Positions 24,040 to 38,535 of a DNA stretch of 64,000 bases are shown one piece after another. The DNA is from the human T2T-CHM13v2.0 reference genome, Homo sapiens. The notes below the pieces were generated by a model. The model had not been told where the DNA came from and did not search any database. It saw only the letters and a program-made list of their open reading frames with translations. The stretch lies in NCBI RefSeq assembly GCF_009914755.1, contig NC_060934.1; one strand, 5' to 3'. Made by a program: the position numbers and the translations under genes. The first letter of the stretch is position 1, and the number at the start of each line of letters is the position of its first letter.

Positions 24040-24780
24040 GGGATGGTCCAAGGACCTCTAAGGAGACCTCTTTGTTACAGGCAAACTGCCCTCCAGGCTG
24101 GAGCAGCTTTTCTGAAATGCACTCCTGAGCTGGACACTCTATTTCTTCAGCCCTCCAATAGCTCCCTACTCAGCATAGAGCGAAGCCCACTCTCCCCTTC
24201 ACCTGCTACCAGCCTGCCTCACCAACCCCATCTCTTGCTGCTTACTTCAAACTGCCTGTGCTTCCTATACAGGGAATTGTCTGCCCTTTTCCAAGCTCCA
24301 TGCCACCTCCAAAGCTTCCCCACGTCTCCTGGACAGCCTGGTATGTTCTTCTCCAAGGTCCACCTCCTTGGCCAGCCCACCCAGCACCTCTTCCCGCATG
24401 CCCCACATCACCTTGGCCGTATCTCCATTGTAGCAGGGAACTCCAGTAACTGATGTCATCTGTCTCCTGCCAGGACAATCAATGCCAGAGTGCTAGAGTG
24501 GCTTCCCTAAATCCCTAGGTGCTCACCGTGTTGCCAGGATCTTCTGCTCAAGACAATTCTGTTGAGTAGAAACGTATTACTGGAGTAGGCAATGGAACTC
24601 AGCTTTCTTTACACCTCTCTGGGGCCCATCCTGCTCTGTTGTGCCTTGTCACCCTAGTGAGGAATTTATTCCTTCACTCCTTCAATCTTTTGTTTCTTCT
24701 TTCTGCAAGCGTAACTTCAATGCCGGCACAGTGCCTGGTAGAAGCAGAATTTGCTGAATGCATGAACGTATGCATTCACT
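24040..24780 (+). mobile_element. L2 fragments
   Basis: CTTTTCTGAAATGCACTCCTGA...GCACAGTGCCTGGTAGAAGCAGAATTTGCTGAATGCATGAA. Confidence 0.55.
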
Positions 24781-25944
24781 GAGTGCTTTTTATTCTATTT
24801 TATTTTAGTTTAGTTTAGTTTAGTTTCATTTGCCAGACTCTGACAAAAGGAAGCTGAGCTCTGTTTCTGCGCTTGACACTGGGCACACAGAGCTGGAGAA
24901 AGCCCAAGCCTGCTCTCCAGGACTTCCCAGCCTGGTGGGTCAGAGGAGGCCAGGGCCGTGGGGGAGGATGGAGCCACTGGCTCCCCAGCACCTCCTGGGT
25001 GGGTCTCTGTAACATTTATTTTTGCCTAAATGATGTAACCAGACCCGAGGAACTGGTCTTCCCCGCTCCTGTGGGCGGGCTGGAAGAGGTGAGAGGCAGA
25101 GTGATCTGACGCTTCTGGCAACGTGATGAAGTCGTTTTCAGAAAGACAGTTTTGTTCTGACTTGAGTGTTTTTCCACATGACTTCATCCCCCGGCAGGCC
25201 TTGCTTGGGTCTTATTTTTTGATGGGCCCCAGCCCCATCTGTGTGGATAAAATGGCCTCTGAACCCTTCCCTGGGGCAGCTGTGACAGGACAAGCAAGGT
25301 CTGTTTGCTGCCCCAGGCCAAGCACCTGGCTCTGCCACCCACTGCCCTGCAAATGGCCTGATTGCAGGCAGCCTTGCCCACAGCAGGAAGAGGCCCCACA
25401 GGGCCTGGGAGTCAGGCAGGACAGCAGGGCTGGAGCCAACCTGCCTACCGTGTGGCCCAAAGGCTTCCCTCCAACCTGGAAAGACCTAACCCTGTCCTCT
25501 CTGACCTCAGTTTCTTCACCTGCAAATGAGGGTGAGCATCAGTCATGGTTCACAAGGCCCCTGGGAAGATTCAGTGATGTAAGGACACATGGAGGACCAT
25601 TGCTCCTGTTGCCAGTGATGGTTCCTGCATTCACTTCTTTGTCGGCTCCCTCACTCAAACCTCGATGGGCTCCTCCACAGGCCAGAACCTCCCAGTGTGT
25701 CTGCAGACAGACCAGGAAAATGGAGAGTTACAAATCAGTGTGGTGGGGGCTACAAAGGACCGTGCACAGTGTGCTGTGCCTATGCAAAGGAGTGGGCGAC
25801 CAGCCCTGTGGTCAGGGTGGGGTGAGGTGAAGTCAAAGGAAACTTCTTGGAAAGGAACTTTGGGTTAGGCCTTAAAAAAGGAGAAGCAGCTCACAAAGCA
25901 AAACCAGGGCACTGGAGTGAGATGCAGGGGCCCAGCTCGGGTAC

Positions 25945-26440
25945 CATCAGGAAGGATTTGGTGCATGCAGCAGAGACCAGAGGGAGTGCTGAGGCAGGAA
26001 GCCGTGTGCTCTCCACTTACAGAAACTCCAGTGCAGTAAGGCCCTGGATCCTTCAGAGGCCCAATGACCCCCAGCAGACACCCAGGCTCAGCCCTCATTT
26101 CCACTTGGTCTCCCTCCATGTCCTAGCTTTTAGCCCTTTGTTTGCTGCCACATGGTCAAAAGATGGCTGCTGCAGCTCTAAGCATCTCATCCGTATGCAA
26201 CTCAGGTCCAGGCAGGATGAAGGGCAAAGGCAAGACTCAAGGAAACTCTCTGCCCCCTTCTGTCCCCTAAGGCCTCAAAGAACCTCCCCTGGTTCTCACT
26301 GACTCAGTCATTGGACCTGCCACCCCTGGCTGTGAGGAAGGCTAAGGGAGTACCTGGCAAAGGGGTTTAGAATGACCATGATTGACCTACACTAGGGCTG
26401 GGCAGGGGCCATGATACAAGAGTCTTCTGCCCACCGCCCA
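25945..26440 (-). mobile_element. MLT1K-like LTR
   Basis: CATGGTCAAAAGATGGCTGCTGCAGCTCTAAGCATCTCATCC...CCCCTGGCTGTGAGGAAGGCT...GAATGACCATGATTGACC. Confidence 0.7.
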
Positions 26441-26714
26441 ACAACATCAGGATTGTAGCACCAGGGAGGACAGGCGGCTGGAAGGAAAAATAAGGAGCAG
26501 GGTGGTCACACGTGGGGTGAGTGTCAAGCAGGAGGCTTGGAGTGGCTTGTGTGGTGAAGCAAGGTGGGAGGAGGCTGGGATTAGACAAGAATTTAACTAG
26601 AAATCTTAGAATCTGGGGAGGGCAATCCATCCACAGGGTCTGGACTTGAGGTTGATCTATGTCTCAAAACGACCACTTGGCCAGCAGTGGGAACTACCTG
26701 GAGGGGCAGAGGCT

Positions 26715-26990
26715 CCACTGTCAACTTCCTTCTGTGCGAGGCTGTGGGGTCCCTGAGGGTGAGGGGCTGGATCTTATTCATTTTAACATCCCTAGCTCCT
26801 TCCACAATGCTGCTCCTACCAAAAAAGATTGCCGAATGAATGAATAAGCGAATGAATGAGTGAAGGACACAGACTCCCCCAGCATCAATTCCCTCCTCTG
26901 TATCATGGGGTCAAGAGTAACAGTGCCTACCTTGCAGGGCTGCTGTGAAGATCAGATGAGTTGATTGCTGGGGCGATGCCTAATAAAGAA
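26715..26990 (+). mobile_element. L2 3' end followed by a MIR fragment
   Basis: TCTTATTCATTTTAACATCCCTAGC...GAATGAATGAATAAG, then TTCCCTCCTCTGTATCATGGGG...CCTACCTTGCAGGGCTGCTGTGAAGATC. Confidence 0.7.
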
Positions 26991-28036
26991 GAAGGCTCCT
27001 GCGGGCAGAAAGGAGGAGGCGATGGAATGTGGGTTGACTTGCACCCACTCCGGCGCCAACATAGGCTCCCGCCTGCTGGAACCACTCACGGCCTGACCAC
27101 ACCAAGCAGCCTGGAGGAGCCTGCATGGCCTCCCTGGATTTTCAGAAGAGGAGGCGAGGAAACACCTGGAGCAGCCCAGTGGGTCCTGCCAAAGACAACG
27201 ATGGGAGAGTGATGAGGATAAACAGCTGTCTGTCTCTGGTAATGCAATTAGGAGCTAAAATATTAAACACTTTACGACAGGACATACATCTCCCACATAA
27301 CGAGCTGCCTCTTGCAAAGCAGGCATTGTCCGAGCAGGGAGACAGGCAGGCCTAGATCTTAGACCCAGCAGCCTCTGCCGAGGGCAACAAACCCGCATGC
27401 CATCATCATTTTGGAAGCTCCCCATTTCATCGTCGTGGTAATGGGGATTGTCAGCTTCACAGTCACCATTTGCTGAGGTGCTGCTAGCAGCAACACTCTC
27501 AGGAATTTGCACATATGCTGAGCCACTTTCTTCTCAAGGAAGAAGTGTGGGGTAGAGGATATAGGGGAAACTGAAGCCCACAGTTGTTAAATAACTCACC
27601 CATGGCCACTCTTCTCACAAGAGGCAAAACTGCCTGGCAGCTGCTGTCCTCTGCAAGAAGCCAAAGCACCCTCCTGGCTATGTGAAGAGAGAGATGGAAT
27701 GGGTTAATAGATGGAGCAGATGGGGAGTATGAATTTCAGCGTATCCTGGGATGGCCCACAGAGCCAGTGCACCTCTGTGACTCTGGGGTCCCAGATGCTG
27801 GGACACATGACTGTTTACCTGATCTAGATGTGTAAACACCCAGATTTCTGGGCCATTTGTGTCTCAGGAAAAGCTCTAGCTGGCCACCTCTTGACTTTGA
27901 TGGTGAATCATTGATGCTCTAATGAGTTTGAGTTGACACAGATTTGTGGTACTACAGTGGAATTCCAGGAATCATCAGTTAGGACACTTCATGGCACTTC
28001 CAGAAACATACTTCTTAGGCAACCAAGCACTTCTAG

Positions 28037-28358
<322 letters not shown>

Positions 28359-28716
28359 TCTAGGAACATGTTTACAGTGCACTGTCTGTGTCTCAATCTA
28401 GGCTGGCCCCTAACCTTATCAAGGATCTAAGAAGACCACACAGCCCTCACATAAGGTGAGAAGATGTTTGCCAAAGCCCTTTCCACATTCATCATCTCAT
28501 TTTCTTCTCGTAAGAGAAGAGATACAATTTCAACCCATTTCATAGATATGGAAGCTGAAGTCTGGAGAATGTTTAAATGGCACATGTGGCTTTGCTGAGC
28601 GCTTGCTACTCGCTAAGCTCTGACTGTCATAAGCAGGTCTCTATCCTCATGGAACTTCTGGTCTAGTTCAGAAGCAAATCAAGAAGTACCTACATACTCT
28701 ATGAAAAAGAAGAAGA

Positions 28717-29119
<403 letters not shown>

Positions 29120-29724
29120 TCAGGGAGATGGAATAGAGGGTGCACAAGCCCTGTGGTGGGAAGGCCCTGAATGCTCCTGCTGCTGACAGGTGGCCCTGTG
29201 GGCAGGAGGTGAGCAAGGCCCATTCCCTTGCAAGAATCCTTGCAATGAACCATGCCTTCCTGCCTGGCGCTGCGTTCCAACTCAGGGTTTCTGACCAGTC
29301 TCCAGCCCCCTCACTGCTCCCCAGGGCCTGGTCAGCCCCTGCTTTGGGTGGTGTCCCCACCCTGCAACAGGGAGCCCCCTCTCTGCCTGACCCTTCCCAT
29401 CTGCTGGGATCTCCCCAAAGCAGCCCCCTGCTCCCTGCCCAGTGTGGTCCCTTCAGCTCTCAGGACCACCCCTTTCCTGGAGCCCACAGGCAGCATTCCT
29501 AGGAGCCAGGGGTGGGGGCAGCTGAGGGCGGCTGTGTGAGCTTTCATGAGCATTACATCTGGAGAGGGAGACGGGAATGTTTGTGTCTGAAATTTAGCTA
29601 ATATCCCAGGAATTTCTCCTGGCGTTTTGGAGGGTTCCTAGGGGGACTGCAAAGCCAGGATGTCTGGGTTCTGGGGGCAGACCGGCCACGCTCAAAGCCT
29701 CTTTGTCTCCCTGGCTCTGCCTCT

Positions 29725-30670
<946 letters not shown>

Positions 30671-31356
30671 CTAGGAATATTTCTGGCCAGGGAAGGGTCC
30701 TGGCAGGCTAAGCCTTTCCTTCTTTCCTTCAGCCCCACCACAAAAAAAGATACCCTCCAGCGTCATGGGGGTTCTCCTGGGCTCCGTGCAGGAGCCATGC
30801 CCACTCTCCTGTGCTCTCCCCTCCACCCTTTGTGCTTTGGTCACAAAGCATTTTGTGCCACATCTTCCAACTGAGTCTCCCCCTCGTCCTGCTTCCCACG
30901 TCCACCATGCCCAGCTGGGCCTTCCTCACCTCCGCATAATGTACTGCTCTGCCCTGGCACCCCACTCCCAGTCCCACCTACACCTACGGCTACAGCACAC
31001 TGCCCAGAGCGCCTCATTGCTCCCCTGCTCAAGACTCATCCAGGGCTTCCCCTTGCTGACTTAATGGAGCCAAACCCACCTGGCTCTGCCAGAAAGTCCC
31101 CCTGGATATCTCAGTCCAGGGGAAGGCTTTGTGCCTCTGCAACCAGCACCCCTTGGGCTGGAGGCATCAGCCCCCCAACTTCTCTCTCCCTGTATACTGG
31201 AAGGGATGGTGCAAAACTCAGCTCTGGAAAATCTCTGAAAACATCTGAAGTCAAAGGTAGGTGGCAGGTGGGAAGGAGAAGGCTGAGGAAATAGGCCACA
31301 CTGTAAACATCTCAAGCACTTAGATAGTCTCTTCAAATGTTTTATTCTGTATGCAG

Positions 31357-31830
31357 TGTATGAATTTTCTAGGACCGTTGTAACAATCACAAACTTAGTA
31401 GCTTAAAACAACAGAAATGTATTCTATCATAGTTCTAGAATCCAGAAGTCCACAATCAAGATTTTAAAATCTAAGCACAGGATTCCAGTCCCTCCAGAGG
31501 CTCCAGGGAGAATTCTTACTCCCTCTCCCGCTTCTGACGGTGGCGATCCTTGGCGTCCCTCGGCCGTAGACACATCACTCCAATCTCTCCCTCCATCTTC
31601 TCGTGGCTTTCCCATGCCTTTCTGTGTCTCGAAGCTCTCTCTCCTTATAAGGACACCAGGCATTGGGTTTAGGGCCCACCCTCCATCTAGGATGATCTCA
31701 TCTCAAGATTCTTAACTTAATTACCTCGGCAAAGTCCCTATTTCCAAATAAGGGAGTATTTCACATTTACAGGTACTGGGTGTTAGGACTTAGGCATATC
31801 TTTTGGGGGGACATAATTCAGTCCACCCCA
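31357..31830 (-). mobile_element. MLT1C-like solo LTR
   Basis: GCTTAAAACAACAGAAATGTATTCT...TAAGGACACCAGGCATTGGGTTTAGGGCCCACCCT...GGGGACATAATTCA; flanks TGCAG/TGCAA. Confidence 0.9.
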
Positions 31831-32320
31831 TGCAATTCTAGTGCTAGATACAGAATAGAAACTCAGAAACAGGTTTTTGGCCTAAACAGCTAATGATGAC
31901 AAGTACCAGAGCCACAAGAACTGTCTGGGTTAGAGGTCGCCTCCTACCCCTGGTGCTCGGCCATCCCACGTGCTCTCCATGTAGTCTGAAGCACCTGCAG
32001 GGGCAGGCATCGCATCACTCCTGTGTATGTGGGCATGTGAGGGAGCTGGGGTGAGGAGCAAGGCTGTTGGGGAAATATGGGAGGATGGTGTATGCACTCC
32101 AGGCTGCCTCTGTGCTGTCCTGAATACTTCTGTGGGTTTAGGCATCTCCTGGTGAGATGAAGAAAACTGGGTCGGGAAGCAAAGGGTGAACAAGTACTTC
32201 CAGGCCTTCTGAAGCGAAGCTCCCTCCAGAGGACTAACAGTATGGTGGCAAAATCCTGGCCCAGGGTCCCTGTCCTGGTTTCAAATCCTGGAGCTAACCC
32301 ACACTTACAGCGTAACCTGA

Positions 32321-32731
<411 letters not shown>

Positions 32732-33959
32732 TAAATGAACCTATGGGCCTGAGAAATCCTGTGCCTGTGAAGGCCAGGCCTGTTTTCCTGGCAAATAAAA
32801 CAGCAACGTCTGAGGCACAACAAGAACAGCAGCCAGGCAGTTTGCTTTATATGAATTTTTAACCCCCAGGAAATCCAAAGGCAGGCAAGCGGCATTACTG
32901 GGTGCCTGCTATGTGCCAGGCATGGTGCTGGGCTATGACCTACAGTATCTCATTCTCCCGTGCCATGGGGCCTGCCTGTGTGGCATTGGGGTTAAAATAC
33001 CCATGTTTTTTCAGAAGAGGAAAGGGAAGCACAAAAACTGGCCAAGGTCACATCTCTAGAAGGCTTCTGATTGTCTGCAAAGAAGTCACAAAGAAATGAG
33101 TCGAGGTGAGGGCCAGGGCAATAGAGGGGCAGGTTTGGAAGCCATTTGTACATTATGAGACCTGAATAGAAGTTTTGGAGTCAAAATAAATAAGTAAGCA
33201 GCTGATTTCCCTGGAGGAGACTCAAGCCACCTTTTATTATTTCATTGGCTCAGGAGCCAAAACAGCTGCATTTTATCATTCCTCAGAAATCCATAAAAGG
33301 GATGGAAAATGCTGGTGCTTATGGGGAAAATGGATGAGCATTTAAATTTAATTGTGGCCCCCTGCTGCCTGTGATGGGGCCTGGAGATGATGCCTATGAG
33401 CCTTGGGATTGCCCCGGCAGAGCAGCGGAGAGGAATACTTTGCATCCAGAGAGGGCATCCGGCCTCCAGGCCCAACCTGACCCCTTGTCTCTGCCCTCCT
33501 GCAGCCTCCATCCCCCATTCTCCCCATTCCTAGGACATGGTCCTGAGTGTTTCTGTGTGTTGTGTGCCTGGCCTTCTGCCCCAGCCTGGGAGCTCCATAT
33601 AGGCTGGCCGGGTTTCCCTGGCCCCAAGTGGCCATTTCAGGCCTGCACAGTCGCTTACGTGGGAAGCTTCCCTTCCATCCCTGACAGTGGCCTTGCCTGG
33701 CCTCTCCTGCTCATTCTTCTTGACAGAACAACCAGGGTAAGCTTGTATACTGGACTCTGGCCTCAGTGCTGACTTGGTGAGGTACAAGATACCCTCATTG
33801 TCGTTCATGCAAGAAAATCAAGGGTTGCGGGTTCTATAAATGTAACAAGCATAGTTCAGGGGCCTGCGATCCGGCGCTTCCAACAAGCTCCTGGGTGATG
33901 CCCTTGTGGATGCTTTGTGGACAGCAGCCTGACACTCATGGCTTCCTAGGGCCATATGC

Positions 33960-34095
33960 TTCAGTCAGAGATGGGCAAACTGAGGCCCAGAGGGGCAGGG
34001 AGTTACCTGAGGTTACATTACGAGAGGGAAGGGAGAAGGGGACTCCCACCCCTGCCCTGCCCTCTCTCCCAGGATTCCAAACTCATACGCTCTAG
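33960..34095 (-). mobile_element. MIR fragment
   Basis: CAGAGATGGGCAAACTGAGGCCCAGAGGGGCAGGGAGTTACCTGAGGTTAC. Confidence 0.75.
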
Positions 34096-34509
34096 GGATT
34101 GAAAAGCAGAAATGCAAGGATACGGTCAGGCAGCTCCTACTCAGCTCCTGCCACTGTCCCCAGGACCATGCAGGCCTAGTGACAGCAGTGCACCTGATTC
34201 TCAAGAGAAGTTGGAAATGCAGAATGTCACATACCTCCCAGTTTTAGATCTTTTCTGGTCAAACCAAACCTATTGGCAAGTCAAGTGGCTCTGGAGTGCC
34301 CATCTGAACGCTGCTGTTTTCCATCCCAGGAGTGCCAGCAAGGACACCTCCCTCTCCCTCAGCCTCTCGCCCATGCCCTCCCTGAATGGCCTCACTCGCT
34401 GCATGTGGCAGGTATCTGGCCTTCCTGCACCTGAATGCTGGGGCTGGACCAGGTCACCCCAGCCCTGTTCAGGAGAGAGGCCCGAGGCCCGAGAGGCAGA
34501 ATGGAGGAG

Positions 34510-34690
34510 GCAGGTTTAAGGGTCTGGCAAACGTGGCTGCCAGCGCTAGCTCTGCATGCTCTTAACTGTGACCTTCCTCAGCCTCAGCTCCCTTACATGA
34601 GAAGTGACGATGGTCATGACAGACCCCGCAGAACCTTTGTGCACGTGATCCAAGATCAGAGGCAAGTCCCTGATGCAAGGCAGTAGCTCT
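34510..34690 (+). mobile_element. MIR fragment
   Basis: CTTAACTGTGACCTT...GCCTCAGCTCCCTTACATGAGAAGTG. Confidence 0.55.
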
Positions 34691-34870
34691 GCCAACTGGG
34701 GCTCCTCTCTGGGTCCCTGCTCTTTCTGATCAATTATCGGCACACCCTGCCCACTGCCAGGGGCTTTTAGGTGCTGTAGACACTGCCCATGGTCCACTTC
34801 GTACTAAAATCCCTTTACCCTGCCTGGGTCTCCTCCCTCACTCTCCTCCTGATTTCCCGTTCCATTTTCA

Positions 34871-35302
<432 letters not shown>

Positions 35303-35584
35303 GCACTGCTATACTGGACGTGGCTGCCTGGGGCAGTGTGGAATGAGATGGTCTGACGTCCTCACTCAGTAAGAGGAACGGCTGGGATCAGTTAGTGATG
35401 TCTGCTGTGGGTGCGGTGGTGAGGAGTGGCAATGGCGCATGTGCAGTGTGCAGGCTACTCACCATCCCTTGCAGGGAGCACCTGTCATCCAGGCAGCTCT
35501 TCCCAATCTGCCTTCTTATTCACACTCCTCGAAGCCCCACCGTGAGCTTGGAGGCAGTGCACCACATAAAACATAAGAACATCG

Positions 35585-35995
<411 letters not shown>

Positions 35996-37107
35996 CTAAG
36001 TCCCCTCCCCTTTCTTTGCCTGCTGGCTCCATTTCGCCACATCCTGAGAATAGCCAACGTGTGGGGACAAGGATATCACTCGGCATGCATGGAACTTTCC
36101 CAGGCAGTGTTTGGGCCCTGACTCTCATATCTTAGAGAAAACTCAGGCCTTGGTATCTCTAGAGCAGCCTGTGTGACCCTGGTAAGCCCCTCCTAATTTG
36201 CAGACCTCATTCTCCCAGTTTTCAAAGGATAGGGAGTGGTGCCTCCCACCGAACGAATGGCTGAATGGAGAATCTGCCTGAAGTGCTTGCTACTCAGGAG
36301 ACCTGACCCCTGCTGGTTCTCATAGCAGGACCTCTGACTCCTCTCCAGCTTCCCTGTGGGCTGTGGCTCATTTACAGTCCTGTAAACAGCCCCATGGAGA
36401 GCATCCTGACAATCGGTAGAAGGGGAGGAGAGTGGAGACTTCACACGGGCCCACCCCCACCACCATGGGATTCTGCCAATCCCACCACCAGCATGAAAAC
36501 ATTCCTGTCCCTGAGGCCACAGAGTGTGGTCAGGCCAGGCCCAGGCTGTTCTGTCCCAAGGTCCAAGGTCAGAGCCCTCTCCTGCCTGCCTGGCGACTCA
36601 AACCATAGCCTCTGCCCCTTAAGCCTCAGCTGGTGGCACCTGCCCCATGCCGCGTCACCTGGCGGGAGAAAGCTGGATGAGATAACGTCTGGCCTGGGAT
36701 CCGGCTGTAGTGAAAGAAAAGCTCTTTGCACACACGGCTGAGCCTTCACTTATTTATTTATTTTTGTTTGCAGCTCTCAGCCCGACTCGGCAAACCAGGT
36801 CATGAGGGGGAGAAGCTCATGTCTGTCTTGCAGCCTGATTTCCCACGGAAAGGCCCCATGTTTACAGTTCTGGGGTTTCCCAGCAAAGAGTAACACTCCA
36901 GTTGGAAGCTCATGTGGCCAAAGAATGTCTCCGGATCAGAGAAAGGCAACACACCACCCAAGAACACAGCTCTGTGGGGGGTCCCAGGAACAGGGTTGAA
37001 AAAGCAAAGGGAAAAAATATATAGCATTAATTTAGCATCTACTGTGTGCTAGGTAGTATGCTAGAGATTTCATCTCAGCTCATTTATCCTTAAAACAATC
37101 ATACTGG

Positions 37108-37428
37108 GTGGGCAATTCTCAATCCTATCTGTACAGAAAATTTGTAAACATCATCAGTGGTTCTGGCTTCATTTTTCTGGGTGGGCCCTGGGCATAGTAT
37201 TTTTAAAAGCATCCCAGGAGATTCTAATGGGCAGCCAGGGGTGAGAAATGTGGCCTTAAGCAGTGTTTCTCAAACTTCTGTGTGCATAGCAACAAATCTC
37301 TTGGATCTTATTAAAATACAGATTCCAATTCAACAGGCTGGGCCAAGGCTGTATTTCTGCATGTCTAGCTAGCTCCCAGGGGATGCCCAAACTGCTGGTC
37401 CCTGGACCACACTTTGAGGAGCAAAGGT
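37108..37428. mobile_element. Adjacent MER5B- and MER5A-like hAT MITEs
   Basis: GGCATAGTATTTTTAAAAGCATCCCAGGAGATTCTAATGGGCAGCCAGG; CAGTGTTTCTCAAACTT...CTGCTGGTCCCTGGACCACACTTTGAG. Confidence 0.8.
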
Positions 37429-37569
37429 GTAGCCTATAAACTCCAAGGCAGTAAGACTTATTGCTGCATCCCAAGTACCTCCAACAACGCTAGGGCTGAG
37501 TAGCTGCAGAATAAATATTTGTCAAAGGCATAAAGAAATGAACAAAGCTCAGAGGCAGGTATTGTGTGG

Positions 37570-38135
37570 CTGTCATGTGAGCTGGGGGACTGTGCACAAG
37601 TTACTTAAATATCTCATTCACTCCAATTTTCATTTGAAAGATGGGAGCAGTCATATTTTGAATTCCAGTGGGTTATTTGAAGGATTAAATGAGATGATGT
37701 GCAGACTGGTTATTAGATGATGTTAAAAATTATTGCTTACTTTTTAAGGTATGATAATAGATGTGTGGTTTCAGTTTAAAAATATTTTAACTAGTAGCAA
37801 CACATACTGACGTATTTACAGGTGAAGTGATACAATGTTGGGTGTTTGCTTTAGATATTCCAGCAGAGAATGATGAAGTGAAGAAGAAAAGGAGGAAAAA
37901 AGAGGGGGAAGGAAGAGAAAAAGAAGAAAAGCAGGAGGAATTGATTTAAAAACAACAACAACAAAAAATGCCAATTGTTATTGAAGCTGGGTAGTGAGTA
38001 TAAGGGAGGCCCTCGCTATTCCATTTTTGCATACATTTTCCATGATAAAAAGTTAACAATAAATTAAAAATGTGATAAAGCAGATAACATGCTTAACTTG
38101 GCTCCTGATTTATAGCAAGTGCTCAATACACAGTA
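37570..38135 (+). mobile_element. MIR interrupted by an L1M 3' fragment (about 37720-38070)
   Basis: CAAGTTACTTAAATATCTC...GGATTAAATGAGATGATGT | L1M ...ACATACTGACGTATTTACAGGTGAAGTGATA... | ...AGCAAGTGCTCAATA. Confidence 0.7.
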
Positions 38136-38344
38136 GGTCCTGTTTCTTTGACTTGGCTGTGATCACGAGGCACCCACCAGTGCACCCTCCAACCCTGAGT
38201 GATGTGTGCTGCGTCCCAGCATCAGAAAGAGGAAGGATGAGATTTGAAACGAGGTCTTCACAGTGCTCCGCCCACAGCACCCCATGGCTAAGAAGCAGTG
38301 TTAGTTTACCTTCCCTAACAATTAGCAGCCATGGCTATGGTAAA

Positions 38345-38535
38345 AATAAGAACCATTATGGAATACTACGTCAGGCCTTTTGCATGCATTATTTAATTAC
38401 ACGATTTATTTACATTATTTAATTACATTAATTAATTACATTGTTTCAGCCCTGCAAAACCCTATGAGGTAGATGCCATTCCTACCACTCCCCAGGTAAG
38501 CAGAAGACTCAGAGCTGAGGTGCCCTGGCCAAGGG
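38345..38535 (-). mobile_element. MIR with internal AT-rich expansion
   Basis: CAAAACCCTATGAGGTAGATGCCATT preceded by repeated ATTATTTAATTAC. Confidence 0.65.

Noticed and set aside
24787-24830. (TTTAG)n as an interstitial telomere repeat
   Set aside because: The unit is not TTAGGG; it is a short ordinary simple repeat
25123-25830. 235-aa ORF
   Set aside because: Begins at a GTG, runs through a MIR fragment and shows no recognisable homology
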